Virus record (IMG/VR): IMGVR_UViG_3300033163_000174
Length of the DNA: 64,000 nt
From: an uncultured virus (IMG/VR IMGVR_UViG_3300033163_000174)
Taxonomy: Duplodnaviria; Heunggongvirae; Uroviricota; Caudoviricetes
Strand: one strand, 5' to 3'
Shown piece after piece: positions 47,254 to 58,338 of the stretch. A program made the position numbers and the translations under genes. The stretch's first letter is position 1. Every line of letters starts with the position of its first letter. The notes under the pieces are model-generated. The model was not told the origin of the DNA, did not search any database, and worked only from the letters and a program-made list of their open reading frames with translations.

Positions 47254-49974
47254 ATGGCAGATATCGGTCAATTAAATATTAGGGTAGGTCTTGATTCTAC
47301 TGGCTTTCAAAACGGAATTGGAAAACTGAATCAAGAAATGAGAAAGGTTCAGTCGGAGTTTAAGCTGGCAAGTACAGAGCTTGGGAAACACGGTAGTGAG
47401 CTGGATAAATTAAGAACTAAATCAGACTCTCTAACTAAACAAAAAGAACTCCAAAGGCAAAAGGTAGAGGCTTTAGAAAAGGCCCATCAAAAGTCAGTGG
47501 AGACTAAAGGAAAAGATGCTAAGGCCACTGGAGACTTAGAAATAAAGCTAAATCAAGCCAGGACAAGGCTTGTTCAGATGGAGCAAGACCTAACCAGCAT
47601 TAATAGGCAAATCGAAGTCCAATCCTCTAGTTGGTATAAGCTTGGAAAAAGCCTAGAGCCAATCGGTCAGTCTATGCAAGACATCGGTAAAAAGATGGAA
47701 AGCGTAGGAAAAGACCTCACCAAAAAAGTCACCCTACCGATTGTGGGGATTGGAGCTGCAGCAGTTAAAATCGGTTCAGATTTTCAAGCTGAAATGAGTA
47801 AAGTTCAGGCCATCTCAGGAGCCACAGGAGAGGATTTAGAGAAGCTTAGTGATAAAGCAAAAGAGATGGGTTCTTCTACAAAGTTCAGTGCCAGCGAATC
47901 AGCCCAGGCTCTAAACTATATGGCCATGGCAGGTTGGGACACAACTCAGATGATGGATGGTCTAGATGGTGTCATGATGCTTGCAGCAGCCAGTGGAGAA
48001 AGTTTAGCTTCAGTATCTGATATCGTCACAGATGCCCTCACCGCCTTTGGTATGCAGGCTTCAGATGCCGGGGACTTTGCAGACCTACTTGCAAGTGCAT
48101 CCAGTAATGCCAACACCAATGTAGGAATGCTAGGGGAGTCCTTTAAATATGTGGCACCTCTCTTTGGTTCTTTAGGTTACTCAGCTGAAGATGCCGCTTT
48201 AGCCCTAGGGCTTATGGCTAATGCAGGAATCAAAGGATCTCAAGCCGGTACAACTTTAAGAGGAGCCATTACCAGGCTTACTCAGCCTACATCACAAGCG
48301 GCAGACATTATTGAAGAACTAGGCCTTAATTTAACCGATGCTCATGGGAATATGCTTCCCTTTAAAGATGTGATGGATCAACTTAGGGGTTCCTTTGGAA
48401 ACCTTACTCAAGAGCAGCAGGCCCAATATGCCGCCACTTTATTTGGAAAAGAAGCCATGAGTGGAATGCTTGCAGTGATAAATGCCACTGATGAAGATTA
48501 TAAAAAGCTTACAGATGCTACCAGAGAATATAGTGGTGCCGCCGGTGAAATGGCAGATATTATGCAGGACAACCTTCAGGGGCAACTTACCATTTTAAAA
48601 TCTCAACTTGAAGGAGTAGCCATTGAGATATTTGAAATTCTCGTTCCGCATCTGAAGACTTTAGTTGAAAATCTTCAAAGAGCAGTGGAGTGGTTTTCTA
48701 ACCTTAATCCAGCTACCCAAGAAACCATAGTAAAAGTAGCGGCCCTAGCTGCAGCGGTAGGTCCTCTTTTAATTATTGGAGGAAAGATTGTAGCAGGAGC
48801 AGGAGCCATTATTGGAGCATTCTCTAAGATATCCCTCGCTATTGCAGGTAAAACAGCCGCCGTAGGAGGGGCCTCTGCAGCTGCAGGTGGACTTGTTGCC
48901 ATTAAAGGAGTATTAGCTGCCGCCTTTACAGCTTTAACTGGTCCCATTGGGATCGCTGTTGCAGCTATTGTTGGAATTACCGCAGTTGGTGTAGCCCTCT
49001 ATAAAAACTGGGACACCATTAAGGAAAAGGCAGGGGAGCTGAAAGATGCCATCTCTGAAAGGTGGAGCTCTATCAAAGAAAGTACAGCTGAAGCCTGGGA
49101 GAATGTAAAAACAGGGATCAGTGAAAGATGGACTAGCATCAAGGAAAGCACCAGCGAAACTTTATCTTCCATGGGAGAATCCATCCGAGATGGCTGGGAC
49201 AATGTCAAAACCGCTACATCTGAAAGATGGGGATCCATTAGAGGAAGTATTTCAGAGAAGTGGGGAAGTATCAAAGACAGCACTTCACAGACGCTAGGGA
49301 ACATTAGAGAAAATATAAGCTCTAGCTGGGACAATGTAAAGGGCAGAACCAATGAAACATGGGAGTTTTTAAAGAGTAATACTGCTTCAGCTTGGAGCAA
49401 CATCAAAGGAAGAATCGAAGAAAATGGTGGAGGTATTAGAGGGGTTATTACCACCTATACTGAAGGCTATAAGTCCGTTTGGGGAGCCGCACTTAACACC
49501 ATGGATAGCGTAACCGGTGGAAAGTTCTCTTCTATGGCCAGTAAAGTATCCGGTGCCTTTTCAAGGGTAAGAGATGCCATCCAAGGGGGTATAAGTAGAA
49601 TCCGTGAATGGAATAACCAAAGAGTAGAAAACAAAGAAGCCACCTTCACCAATAGAATTAGAAATATTACAGAGAATGTGGTAAACACCGTAACTGCTCC
49701 TTTTAGAAAGAACTTTGCAGGAACTTCCTTCTTCCAAGGGGGACTAACCATGGTAGGAGAGCTTGGACCAGAACTTGTAGAGCTACCCCGTGGAAGTAAA
49801 ATTTATAACGATTATCAGACCAATCAAATTATGGGAGATAGCACTGGTCGTGGTGGAGGACTTACCCTTAATATAGATAAATTTGTAAACAACACTGAAA
49901 AAGATATTGAACAACTGGCCTATGAGCTGGAGTTCTATCGTCAAAGAGTATCACTTGGAAGGGGGAGAGGCTAA
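47254..49974 (+). CDS. Tape measure protein (TP901 core)
   Basis: TKFSASE, GIKGSQAGTTLR; Trp-spaced 11/22-aa repeats. Confidence 0.95.
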   Translation: MADIGQLNIRVGLDSTGFQNGIGKLNQEMRKVQSEFKLASTELGKHGSELDKLRTKSDSLTKQKELQRQKVEALEKAHQKSVETKGKDAKATGDLEIKLNQARTRLVQMEQDLTSINRQIEVQSSSWYKLGKSLEPIGQSMQDIGKKMESVGKDLTKKVTLPIVGIGAAAVKIGSDFQAEMSKVQAISGATGEDLEKLSDKAKEMGSSTKFSASESAQALNYMAMAGWDTTQMMDGLDGVMMLAAASGESLASVSDIVTDALTAFGMQASDAGDFADLLASASSNANTNVGMLGESFKYVAPLFGSLGYSAEDAALALGLMANAGIKGSQAGTTLRGAITRLTQPTSQAADIIEELGLNLTDAHGNMLPFKDVMDQLRGSFGNLTQEQQAQYAATLFGKEAMSGMLAVINATDEDYKKLTDATREYSGAAGEMADIMQDNLQGQLTILKSQLEGVAIEIFEILVPHLKTLVENLQRAVEWFSNLNPATQETIVKVAALAAAVGPLLIIGGKIVAGAGAIIGAFSKISLAIAGKTAAVGGASAAAGGLVAIKGVLAAAFTALTGPIGIAVAAIVGITAVGVALYKNWDTIKEKAGELKDAISERWSSIKESTAEAWENVKTGISERWTSIKESTSETLSSMGESIRDGWDNVKTATSERWGSIRGSISEKWGSIKDSTSQTLGNIRENISSSWDNVKGRTNETWEFLKSNTASAWSNIKGRIEENGGGIRGVITTYTEGYKSVWGAALNTMDSVTGGKFSSMASKVSGAFSRVRDAIQGGISRIREWNNQRVENKEATFTNRIRNITENVVNTVTAPFRKNFAGTSFFQGGLTMVGELGPELVELPRGSKIYNDYQTNQIMGDSTGRGGGLTLNIDKFVNNTEKDIEQLAYELEFYRQRVSLGRGRG

Positions 49975-50681
49975 TGCTTAGTTTTACATTTGGCGGAAAG
50001 AACAGCTATGAAGATTACGGGATAGTTATTGCCAAAAGGCCTAACCTTCCCTCTCCTAAAAGAAGAGTACATTATATGGATATCCCAGGAAGGCATGGAA
50101 GGGTTCAGTACGATGAAAAGACTTATGAGGACATTACAATCGTAGTGGAATGTGGCCTTAAAGATACAGAGAATTTGGTAGACAGATTAGATACCGTAAA
50201 GGCTTGGCTTTTTAATGCTGGGGAAAGTGACCTTATTTTTAGTTTTGGTGAAGATAAGAAATACATCGCACAGGTTGTCAATTCTATCGACTTCACCCAA
50301 GTCTATAAATACACTTCAAGTTTTCCAGTTGTTTTTAACTGCCATCCTTTTAAATATGAAGTTCAAAATCAGTTAATAACTTTGAATACAAGCGGAGAGT
50401 TAATCAACAATCCAGGATCCCTAGAGAGTGAACCTGTGATTTATGTGTATGGAACTGGGGATATCCTATTAAATATTAATGATCAATCCATAGGGCTAAA
50501 TGGAGCTCAAGGAAAAATCATCTTAAACTCTGAAATCCAGGACTGCTATGACGACGCCATGAACAATCTTAACTCTAAAATGGTAGGGGAGTTTCCACTT
50601 CTAAAGACCGGGGAAAATATTATATCCTGGACTGGGAATGTGACAAAGCTTGAAGTTCTCCCGAATTGGCGGTGGTTATAA
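49974..50681 (+). CDS. Distal tail protein (Dit)
   Basis: FTFGGKNS, IPGRHG, CHPFKY, NPGSLESEP. Confidence 0.85.
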   Translation: MLSFTFGGKNSYEDYGIVIAKRPNLPSPKRRVHYMDIPGRHGRVQYDEKTYEDITIVVECGLKDTENLVDRLDTVKAWLFNAGESDLIFSFGEDKKYIAQVVNSIDFTQVYKYTSSFPVVFNCHPFKYEVQNQLITLNTSGELINNPGSLESEPVIYVYGTGDILLNINDQSIGLNGAQGKIILNSEIQDCYDDAMNNLNSKMVGEFPLLKTGENIISWTGNVTKLEVLPNWRWL

Positions 50682-52078
50682 TGATTACGATTTATGACAA
50701 GAAGGAAAGTAACTTCTCAACCAATGGTCTAGGTATTTTAGATAAGTGCTCAGAGTGTAAAACCCTAGAAAAGCTAAACGGAATATATGAAATTAAGCTC
50801 TCCTATCCCCTACATTTAGAGAAGAAAAAGTATCTAAAGCCCTTTAATATCATCAAAGCTGATGGACAGCTTTTTAGGATCTATCATGTGGAAAAAGACA
50901 CACCCAGTAACCTTCTTAGGGTTAGTGGAAGGCATATCTTTTATGATCTTAATCATTATTTCATCGAAGATCGAAGGGCAGTAGATAAAAAGGCCATCGA
51001 TGCTATGGAGATGGTTTTAGATGAAGCAGGTTTAACAGATATCTATACCATTGAAAGCGATATTGAAGCATTAAACACCCAGTATTTTATTAGAAGGTCA
51101 GCTTCTCAGGCCATGTTTATGGTGTCTAATAGGTGGAAGGGTGAGCTTTTCAGAGATAATTTTCATATAAAGATTAATGGAAGACACTTAAATGATAAAG
51201 GGGTTACTGTAGCCCATGGAAAAAACATCACCGGAATTAACGAGAAGCTCAGTGCCGATGAGGTGCTAACAGGTATTTATCCTGTAGGGGCAGAAGGCTT
51301 AACCCTACCAGAGAAATATCTTATTAATGCCCAGTGGTCAGGCGCAGATTATCCAGATTTTAAACTAATCAAGAGAGTAGACTTTAAAGAAGCCAAGGAT
51401 GAAGAAAGCCTTAGACAAATGGCGGAGAACTACCTTTATGAACATGCAGGCTTCGCAGTTAATTATCAAGTGGATTTTATCCAGCTTGAACACACCAAGG
51501 AGTATGAGGAATATAAGCCGCTTTTAAAAGTAAGCATTGGAGACACTGTAACCGTAAAGCATAAGCTTCTTGGTGTAGATTTTAAAATAAAAGTGATCTC
51601 CATTGAAAAGGACATCCTAAGATCTCAAAACACCAAAGTGGAACTAGGAAAACCTCTTTATACACTTGACCAGTACATTGAGGAATTTAAAGAAAATGTC
51701 GATGAAAACTTTCAAGAAGTGGATGAATCCATTGGTGGTATTAGGACTCAGCTAGATGATTTGGGAGTCTCTTATACCATTGTAAAAAATATAAGCATCG
51801 AAGAAAATATGATTCATGTCACCTATGAAGTGGAGAGGGGCAGCACCCATCAGTATCATGCGGATTATAGTTTTACCTTAGATGACTCAGGGCGTATGAC
51901 CAGCATCACCCTTGAGGGAATATTTTCAGAGCTATTACTAAAAGAAGTATCCACCCTCATAGTGGATATGACAAGTTTCGATATTGTTTACGCTGATGGG
52001 AAAAAGGCAAAATACAACTTTACCACAGATAGTAGTGGCAGAATTACAGCAATAGAAAAGGTATGGGAGGGGGAGTAA
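50681..52078 (+). CDS. Tail-associated hub/spike (Tal-like) protein
   Basis: NGLGIL, QLFRI, HIFYDL, GDTVTV; follows Dit. Confidence 0.82.
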   Translation: MITIYDKKESNFSTNGLGILDKCSECKTLEKLNGIYEIKLSYPLHLEKKKYLKPFNIIKADGQLFRIYHVEKDTPSNLLRVSGRHIFYDLNHYFIEDRRAVDKKAIDAMEMVLDEAGLTDIYTIESDIEALNTQYFIRRSASQAMFMVSNRWKGELFRDNFHIKINGRHLNDKGVTVAHGKNITGINEKLSADEVLTGIYPVGAEGLTLPEKYLINAQWSGADYPDFKLIKRVDFKEAKDEESLRQMAENYLYEHAGFAVNYQVDFIQLEHTKEYEEYKPLLKVSIGDTVTVKHKLLGVDFKIKVISIEKDILRSQNTKVELGKPLYTLDQYIEEFKENVDENFQEVDESIGGIRTQLDDLGVSYTIVKNISIEENMIHVTYEVERGSTHQYHADYSFTLDDSGRMTSITLEGIFSELLLKEVSTLIVDMTSFDIVYADGKKAKYNFTTDSSGRITAIEKVWEGE

Positions 52079-52079
52079 A

Positions 52080-53150
52080 GTGACCTATCATGAAAGATTT
52101 AATAATACACTGGCCATATGGACAGCCTTTGGTGGTAGGGGAAATCTTATTCTTCCTATCCCAACCTTAAAGTGGGAAAAACGCTATTATCATGATTTTG
52201 GATATCCTCAAACCGGCAGTGCTACAAGGATTGATGTTTTTGATAATGGTCTGGCGCAAATTGCCGTGTACCGAGCTTCTAGTCCTAGAATGTCATATTT
52301 TAACCATCAAACGGGGCAGTGGACCATCGCCGATGTGCCTTGGTGGAATCATGGAATACCAGAAATTCTATGGGCGGGAGATGGTGTGTTTTTAGCTAGA
52401 ATCGTAGGGCTTGCTAACATCATCGCTTCCTTTGACGGTATCACCTGGCATAATGCAGGATTTTGTAGAGGTGCCCAAAACCATATGGAAACAGGGGCTT
52501 ACGACATTACAAGGAATGTAGGAGTAGTAAGCTGGTGGTGGTATAAGTCACCCGTCTATTACAGCTTTGATTCCCTTACGGAAAGAACAGAATGGACCCT
52601 TACAGGCTCTGATGGAAATTCTGTACCGATTTTTAAGTATATGACTGCCCATAAAGGAAACTTTGTAGGGGTGGTTGGAGGAGATAAATCCATCGCTGTA
52701 GCAAGTTCTGCCACACCTTGGGCTTGGACTACTACCATTCCAGAAGATCCACTGGACCACAGGTATATGTATATTCGCTCTGTTAATAACAAACTCTTTG
52801 TCCACCGGTTTAGATACCATGGATCGCCGGGGAATTTTAGTGTTAATCTATGTGTTCTAAACGATAGCGCCACCCAGCTGATTGAGACCAATCTATCCCA
52901 CTATGGAGATTTGGCAGATAATAGAGCGCCAAATCCTCAAAATATAGTATGGATGAAGGACTGGGGGAAATACGCCCTCTTTACTCAAAATATGCTGTAC
53001 GCTTCAGCGGACGGGATTTACTGGGAAGGGGTAGAGCAGCCGGGGTTCTCACTTTCACCTCATGGGAATATGTTTGGTGGTGCTATTTATGTACCGGGAG
53101 ATGGCTTCTACGTTAAGGGCAATGGGTTCGTTTTTTTTGGGGCTTATTAA
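52080..53150 (+). CDS. Putative receptor-binding beta-propeller protein
   Basis: Trp-rich; Asp-box-like SFDGITW and SADGIYW; last tail gene. Confidence 0.55.
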   Translation: MTYHERFNNTLAIWTAFGGRGNLILPIPTLKWEKRYYHDFGYPQTGSATRIDVFDNGLAQIAVYRASSPRMSYFNHQTGQWTIADVPWWNHGIPEILWAGDGVFLARIVGLANIIASFDGITWHNAGFCRGAQNHMETGAYDITRNVGVVSWWWYKSPVYYSFDSLTERTEWTLTGSDGNSVPIFKYMTAHKGNFVGVVGGDKSIAVASSATPWAWTTTIPEDPLDHRYMYIRSVNNKLFVHRFRYHGSPGNFSVNLCVLNDSATQLIETNLSHYGDLADNRAPNPQNIVWMKDWGKYALFTQNMLYASADGIYWEGVEQPGFSLSPHGNMFGGAIYVPGDGFYVKGNGFVFFGAY

Positions 53151-53176
53151 TCACAACAACTTAAGAAAAAGATAAT

Positions 53177-53202
53177 GGCGTCCTTCGTGAGGACGTCTTT
53201 TT
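53177..53202 (+). terminator. Intrinsic terminator
   Basis: GGCGTCCT-TCGTG-AGGACGTC plus T-tract. Confidence 0.7.
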
Positions 53203-53238
53203 AATAGATAAAACTTTTATGAAAGTGAGGGAAAGTAC

Positions 53239-53655
53239 ATGAGAGAAGTTTGGAATATTAGTCAGATGATATTTGCTGCCATCGGCGGATGGCTGGGCTG
53301 GTTTCTTGGAGGTTACGATGGGTTTTTATATGCTCTGATAGCTTTTGTGGTTATTGATTATATTACAGGTGTTCTTTGCTCAATTTTAGAAAAACACCTG
53401 TCCAGCGATGTAGGTGCTAGAGGGATTTTTAAGAAAGTAGTGATTTTCTCTTTAGTAGGTGTGGCCCATATTATTGACCAGAACATCATCGGTGATGGCA
53501 GTGCCATTCGGACTGCAGTTATTTTCTTCTATTTATCCAATGAGGGAATCAGCATCATTGAAAATGCTACAAGGCTTGGACTACCTATACCTAAGAAACT
53601 GGTAGATGTTTTAGAACAGCTAAAAAGTGGAGGTGATAAGGATGGCACTAAGTAA
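53239..53655 (+). CDS. Holin (phage holin 4 family)
   Basis: DYITG, NEGISIIEN, LGLPIP. Confidence 0.92.
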   Translation: MREVWNISQMIFAAIGGWLGWFLGGYDGFLYALIAFVVIDYITGVLCSILEKHLSSDVGARGIFKKVVIFSLVGVAHIIDQNIIGDGSAIRTAVIFFYLSNEGISIIENATRLGLPIPKKLVDVLEQLKSGGDKDGTK

Positions 53656-54634
53656 TCTAAAAACAAAGTTCATGACCAGAAATGATTGCTATACAGCAGG
53701 AAGGAAAATTACTCCTAAAGGCATTATGATCCACTCCACAGCAACACCTGGTGTAATGGCGGCTGCTTGGTTCAGTAGATGGAATAAGTCCTTTAGAGCC
53801 GGAGAGATTAACAGGCAGGTTTGTGTCCATGCCTTTTTAGACGATAAAGAAATATGGCAGTACCTTCCTTGGAATCACAGGGGCTGGCATGCAGGTGGTG
53901 CTGCCAATAATAGTTATATAGGGATTGAAATCTGCGAGCCGAGAGGACACTCCTATCAAGGATCCACTATGGTGAACTATGATGTAAAAAAGAATGAAGC
54001 CTACTTTAGAGCTGCCTGGAAAAATGCAGTAGACTTATGTGTTTTTCTTTGTAAGGAATATGGTCTGACGGAGAAGGATATCATAGGTCACGCTGAAGGT
54101 CACAGGCAGGGTATAGCCAGCAATCATGCAGACCCCATGCACTGGTATCCAAAGCATGGTGAGAGTATGGATACCTTTAGGGCTGAAGTAAAGAAAGGTC
54201 TTACAACAGGTATTTCTATTGATAGTGAAGATGATCTAGAAGCTGGAGATATTGTAGAAATTAAAGCCTCAGCTAAACGCTATTATCCAAATGGGCCTAT
54301 TATTCCAAATTGGGTGAAATGGAACTATCATTTAATCACTCAAGATAAGTCTGGCAATAGGCCGGTTATTAAAGGTGGAAAAGAATGTGTTCTCTTAGGT
54401 AGGACCATTCTTAAAAGTAACATGGATGAAAAAGATGGCATTATGACCTGGGCAGATAAAGACATTTTAGATTTAGTGAGTAAAGGTGTAGAGGTAGAGC
54501 CTAAGCCTGAAACGAAAACTACTCAAAAGTTCTATCGGGTCCAGGTAGGGGCCTTTAGTAAAAAAGAGAATGCTAAGGCTCTAATGGATCGCCTTAAAAA
54601 GGCAGGATTTGATGCCTATATGAAATACGATTAA
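53642..54634 (+). CDS. Endolysin: N-acetylmuramoyl-L-alanine amidase + SPOR domain
   Basis: IHSTA, WHAG, IGIEICE, SNHADP; YRVQVGAFS. Confidence 0.92.
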   Translation: MALSNLKTKFMTRNDCYTAGRKITPKGIMIHSTATPGVMAAAWFSRWNKSFRAGEINRQVCVHAFLDDKEIWQYLPWNHRGWHAGGAANNSYIGIEICEPRGHSYQGSTMVNYDVKKNEAYFRAAWKNAVDLCVFLCKEYGLTEKDIIGHAEGHRQGIASNHADPMHWYPKHGESMDTFRAEVKKGLTTGISIDSEDDLEAGDIVEIKASAKRYYPNGPIIPNWVKWNYHLITQDKSGNRPVIKGGKECVLLGRTILKSNMDEKDGIMTWADKDILDLVSKGVEVEPKPETKTTQKFYRVQVGAFSKKENAKALMDRLKKAGFDAYMKYD

Positions 54635-54881
54635 GAAAAATTTTTAAATTTAGAGCCGGTGTTATCCCCTTAGCATCGGCTTATTTTTATCCCTATATAT
54701 AGTAGATAAATAGTAGAAATGACTTGCATTATCCGAGCAGATAAGTGATATATACTATGACGCCAATACCCTGAACCCTTTATTTATGGGCGTTTCAGGG
54801 TTTTAATTTTAAACTAGGTGTTTGGATGACAACTTAAAATATTTTAAAAGAGTGGCTTACTAAACGAAAGGAGGAATAAAC

Positions 54882-56510
54882 GTGGAAACCAATACTACAG
54901 AACGCATGATAGATACAGATGATGGAATCTTTAGATATGGACCTTCTAGGACAAGATCCAGTGAGTTTAGTTATGGGAATTTAGCAATCGACAGTCAAAG
55001 GCTTAGAGTGGCTTCTTATTGCAGGGTAAGTACAGAAGAAGAACTGCAGATGAATTCTTTGGACAACCAAATTGTCCACTACACCAATTACATCCGCTCC
55101 AACCCACAGTGGCAGTTTGCTGGTATCTTTTCAGACCGAGGAAAATCAGGAACAATGATGGAGAGCCGAGCAGGATTTAATAAAATGATTCGCTACGCAA
55201 TGGCTGGAAAGATTGATTTGATTATCTGTAAATCCATCTCAAGGTTTGCAAGAAATGTGATGGATACCTTGAAAGTAGTAAGAGACCTTAAAGAGAGAAA
55301 TATTTTTGTACTATTCGAGAAAGAAAATTTTCATACGGGAGATATGCAGAGTGAATTCATCCTTACCATGCTTGCTGCAACGGCTCAGGAAGAAAGCCGA
55401 AGTATATCAGAAAATATTAGCTGGGCAACATCAAAACGTTTTGAACAGGGAGAAGCCAGATTTGCAAGAATCCTAGGCTACAAAAAGATAAAAGGAAAGC
55501 CCTGGGTCATTGACGAAAGAGAAGCTTCAACAGTGAGAGAAATCTTTAGACAATACTTAGAGGGTAAGACACCTACGGAAATTGCAAATTATTTGATACG
55601 CAACAATTATGTAAAAGTAAATGGTAGAAGAGACTGGACCAATGTGGCCATTATATCCATCCTTAGAAATGAAAAATATGTGGGAGATGTTCTTTGCCAA
55701 AAGACATACACAGAAGATTATCTAACCCATAAAACACGAGTGAATCAAGGAGAAAAAACCCAGTACCTTATCCAAAATAATCATGAAAGAATCATTGATA
55801 GGGAGACATTTGATAAAGTCCAAAAGATGCTTAAGCCAAAATCTAAGGGTGTTAAGCGAGGGCCGAGTAAACGGTATGATTTAACGGGAAGAGTTGCTTG
55901 CTCAGAGTGTGGCGCTAACTTTCACCGTTACAAAACCAGAGGTTATGTTACATGGCGCTGTAGCAATCGCAGGAAAAGCACTCGACTATGTAAAATGACA
56001 AGTGTTGGGGAAGAAATTCTATTAAAGGTACTTAAACAAGCCTTTATAGAAAAGCATGAAATCGACCCTAAGAGTTCAGGAAAAAGGCAGATTATAAAGC
56101 TGATGAAAAACCTACAAAATACAGATGTATTAAGAGATGGAGAACAGAACCGCTTAAGGCTTGAACTTGAAAAAGCCCTCTTTGCTGAAAGTATGGCTGT
56201 GCTGGATAATAAAGATGAAAAAGAACTAAAAGACCACAGAGAAGCTATCGAAAAAACCATAGCAGAAAAAGAAGTATGGTGGAGATTGGTTGATGCAGAT
56301 GACCCTTATAGAAAAGAAGCACTAGAAGAGCTAGCGAAAATAAAAGATGCTGCTAATCCCTTAACGGAACTGTATAAAAAGCTGGATAATATTAAATTCT
56401 TAAGAGCCTGGATGACACGCATAGAAGCGAAGTCATCTTTTTTATTTTCCATCACATGGGTGAGCGGTGAGGAAACAGAAGTTGAAGCCAGTGAAGGAGG
56501 AGATGATTAA
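54882..56510 (+). CDS. Large serine recombinase 1
   Basis: YCRVST, KSISRFARN, AQEES, Zn ribbon CSECG. Confidence 0.92.
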   Translation: METNTTERMIDTDDGIFRYGPSRTRSSEFSYGNLAIDSQRLRVASYCRVSTEEELQMNSLDNQIVHYTNYIRSNPQWQFAGIFSDRGKSGTMMESRAGFNKMIRYAMAGKIDLIICKSISRFARNVMDTLKVVRDLKERNIFVLFEKENFHTGDMQSEFILTMLAATAQEESRSISENISWATSKRFEQGEARFARILGYKKIKGKPWVIDEREASTVREIFRQYLEGKTPTEIANYLIRNNYVKVNGRRDWTNVAIISILRNEKYVGDVLCQKTYTEDYLTHKTRVNQGEKTQYLIQNNHERIIDRETFDKVQKMLKPKSKGVKRGPSKRYDLTGRVACSECGANFHRYKTRGYVTWRCSNRRKSTRLCKMTSVGEEILLKVLKQAFIEKHEIDPKSSGKRQIIKLMKNLQNTDVLRDGEQNRLRLELEKALFAESMAVLDNKDEKELKDHREAIEKTIAEKEVWWRLVDADDPYRKEALEELAKIKDAANPLTELYKKLDNIKFLRAWMTRIEAKSSFLFSITWVSGEETEVEASEGGDD

Positions 56511-58195
56511 TGAACACAGGGCAAATAGAGAGAGCGCCAACAGCTAGAGTTAGGGTAATTCCAGCTAGGACAAGGACCCCTAGAGATGAAGAACACTTTG
56601 ATGGCCAAAAGAAGCGAATCGGCGTTTATGTACGTGTATCAACAGATTCAGCCATGCAGGCCACCAGTTATGACATTCAAGTATCCTACTTTAAAGAATA
56701 TGTAGAGAAAAATCCAAACTGGCAGCTTGTAGAAATCTTTGCAGACGAAGGCTTGTCAGGCACCTCAACAAAAAACCGTGTTGAATTTAACCGAATGATT
56801 GAAAGGTGTAAAAACAAGGAAATCGACTATATCATAACCAAGTCCATCAGTAGATTCGCTAGGAATACCCTAGACTGCCTTCACTACATTAGAATGCTTA
56901 AAAATCTAGGCATTGGGATATTTTTCCAAAAAGAAAATCTCGATACATTGGACAGTAAGAGTGAATTATTTTTGACGATTTTATCATCGATGGCTCAGGA
57001 AGAGTCCCGCTCCATTTCTGAAAACACCAAGTGGGGAGTACAGAAAAGGTTCCAACAAGGGAAAGCTCATATCCCCACCACCTACTTTCTAGGCTACACA
57101 GAGGATGAAGATGGGAACATTATTATCGATGAAAAACAGGCTAAGGTTGTAAGGCGAATATACAAAGAACTCCTTGAAGGTAAGGGGACACCAACCATTG
57201 CCAAGGGGCTGATGAAAGATAAGATTAGAACCGCCAGAAACAAGAAAACCTGGACTTCTGATGCTGTTCTCAAGATCCTTAAAAACGAAAAGTACAAAGG
57301 CGACTGCTTAGCACAAAAGACCGTAACCGTAGATTATCTCACCCATGAAAGGGTCAGAAACAAAGAGCACCAGCCTCAGTACTATATAAGAAATCACCAC
57401 CCAGCAATCATCAGCGAGGAAGACTGGGAAAAGGTCCAGGAAGAACTGACAAGACGTAACAAGATGCTAAGGGATCCAGATAATAAATACAGCATGACTT
57501 ACAGCGGAGCGGCACCTTTTTCAAACAAGCTCTTTTGTGGGGAGTGCGGAAGGCCAGTTACTAGAAGGAGGCTTACCACCCACTTTGGAGAAGAGAGGAT
57601 TCCAGCTAAGTTTACTGCTTGGCACTGCAGGGCAGCTTCCAAGAGAGACAAAGAGTTTACAGATTGTAGCTGTAGTTATATTTGGGAAGAAGAACTAGAA
57701 AAAGCTTTTATGAAATTACTCTTTGATATTAAGAAAGATAAAAACCGTCTACTGAAAGATGTTGAGCTTGCTATCGAGGAAGCCTCATTAACAGAAGAGG
57801 AAGAACGTAGGCTAAATGAACTAGGCATTCAAATAGAAAGAATTGCTGATAAAATAACGGAAATGGCAACGAGAGCTTCAGGAGGAAATGAAGTTGTTTA
57901 TGAAGCTACTATGAGACACATGATCTATGAGCAGGAAATCCTACAGATGGAGTACGATGGGCTAAATGAAAATAAAAAAGAAAGCGAATATCTAAAAGAG
58001 AATATTAAAATCTTACTTGAAGATTTAGAAAAAATAGAAGGCCAAGAGGAACCCTTTAATGAAGAACTTTTTAAGAGGACCGTAGAAAGGGGAACGGTAT
58101 TTGCGAAGTGGCAGGTAGAGCTTCACTTAAAATGCGGAGTCTCCTACAAGGTATCTGTTAAAAGAAGACCACAAAGGAGCAAAAAGGAAAAATAA
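56510..58195 (+). CDS. Large serine recombinase 2
   Basis: YVRVST, KSISRFARN, CGECG. Confidence 0.92.
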   Translation: MNTGQIERAPTARVRVIPARTRTPRDEEHFDGQKKRIGVYVRVSTDSAMQATSYDIQVSYFKEYVEKNPNWQLVEIFADEGLSGTSTKNRVEFNRMIERCKNKEIDYIITKSISRFARNTLDCLHYIRMLKNLGIGIFFQKENLDTLDSKSELFLTILSSMAQEESRSISENTKWGVQKRFQQGKAHIPTTYFLGYTEDEDGNIIIDEKQAKVVRRIYKELLEGKGTPTIAKGLMKDKIRTARNKKTWTSDAVLKILKNEKYKGDCLAQKTVTVDYLTHERVRNKEHQPQYYIRNHHPAIISEEDWEKVQEELTRRNKMLRDPDNKYSMTYSGAAPFSNKLFCGECGRPVTRRRLTTHFGEERIPAKFTAWHCRAASKRDKEFTDCSCSYIWEEELEKAFMKLLFDIKKDKNRLLKDVELAIEEASLTEEEERRLNELGIQIERIADKITEMATRASGGNEVVYEATMRHMIYEQEILQMEYDGLNENKKESEYLKENIKILLEDLEKIEGQEEPFNEELFKRTVERGTVFAKWQVELHLKCGVSYKVSVKRRPQRSKKEK

Positions 58196-58338
58196 CCCCA
58201 AAAAGAATAGAAAAAAGTAAGTAAATGAAAATAACTTCTTTCATACCAGAGATAGTACTTGCATTATCTTTGGACTAGAGCCATTAATAACATACCTGCT
58301 ATTTTAGCAGGATCGCTCTAGAGAAAGGAGTTTTTATT

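Noticed and set aside
48999..49454. 151-aa minus-strand ORF and the other minus-strand ORFs in the track
   Set aside because: Antisense shadows of well-supported + strand genes, with no recognisable motifs
52080..53150. Diversity-generating retroelement target in the tail protein
   Set aside because: No reverse transcriptase and no template/variable repeat pair seen in the window
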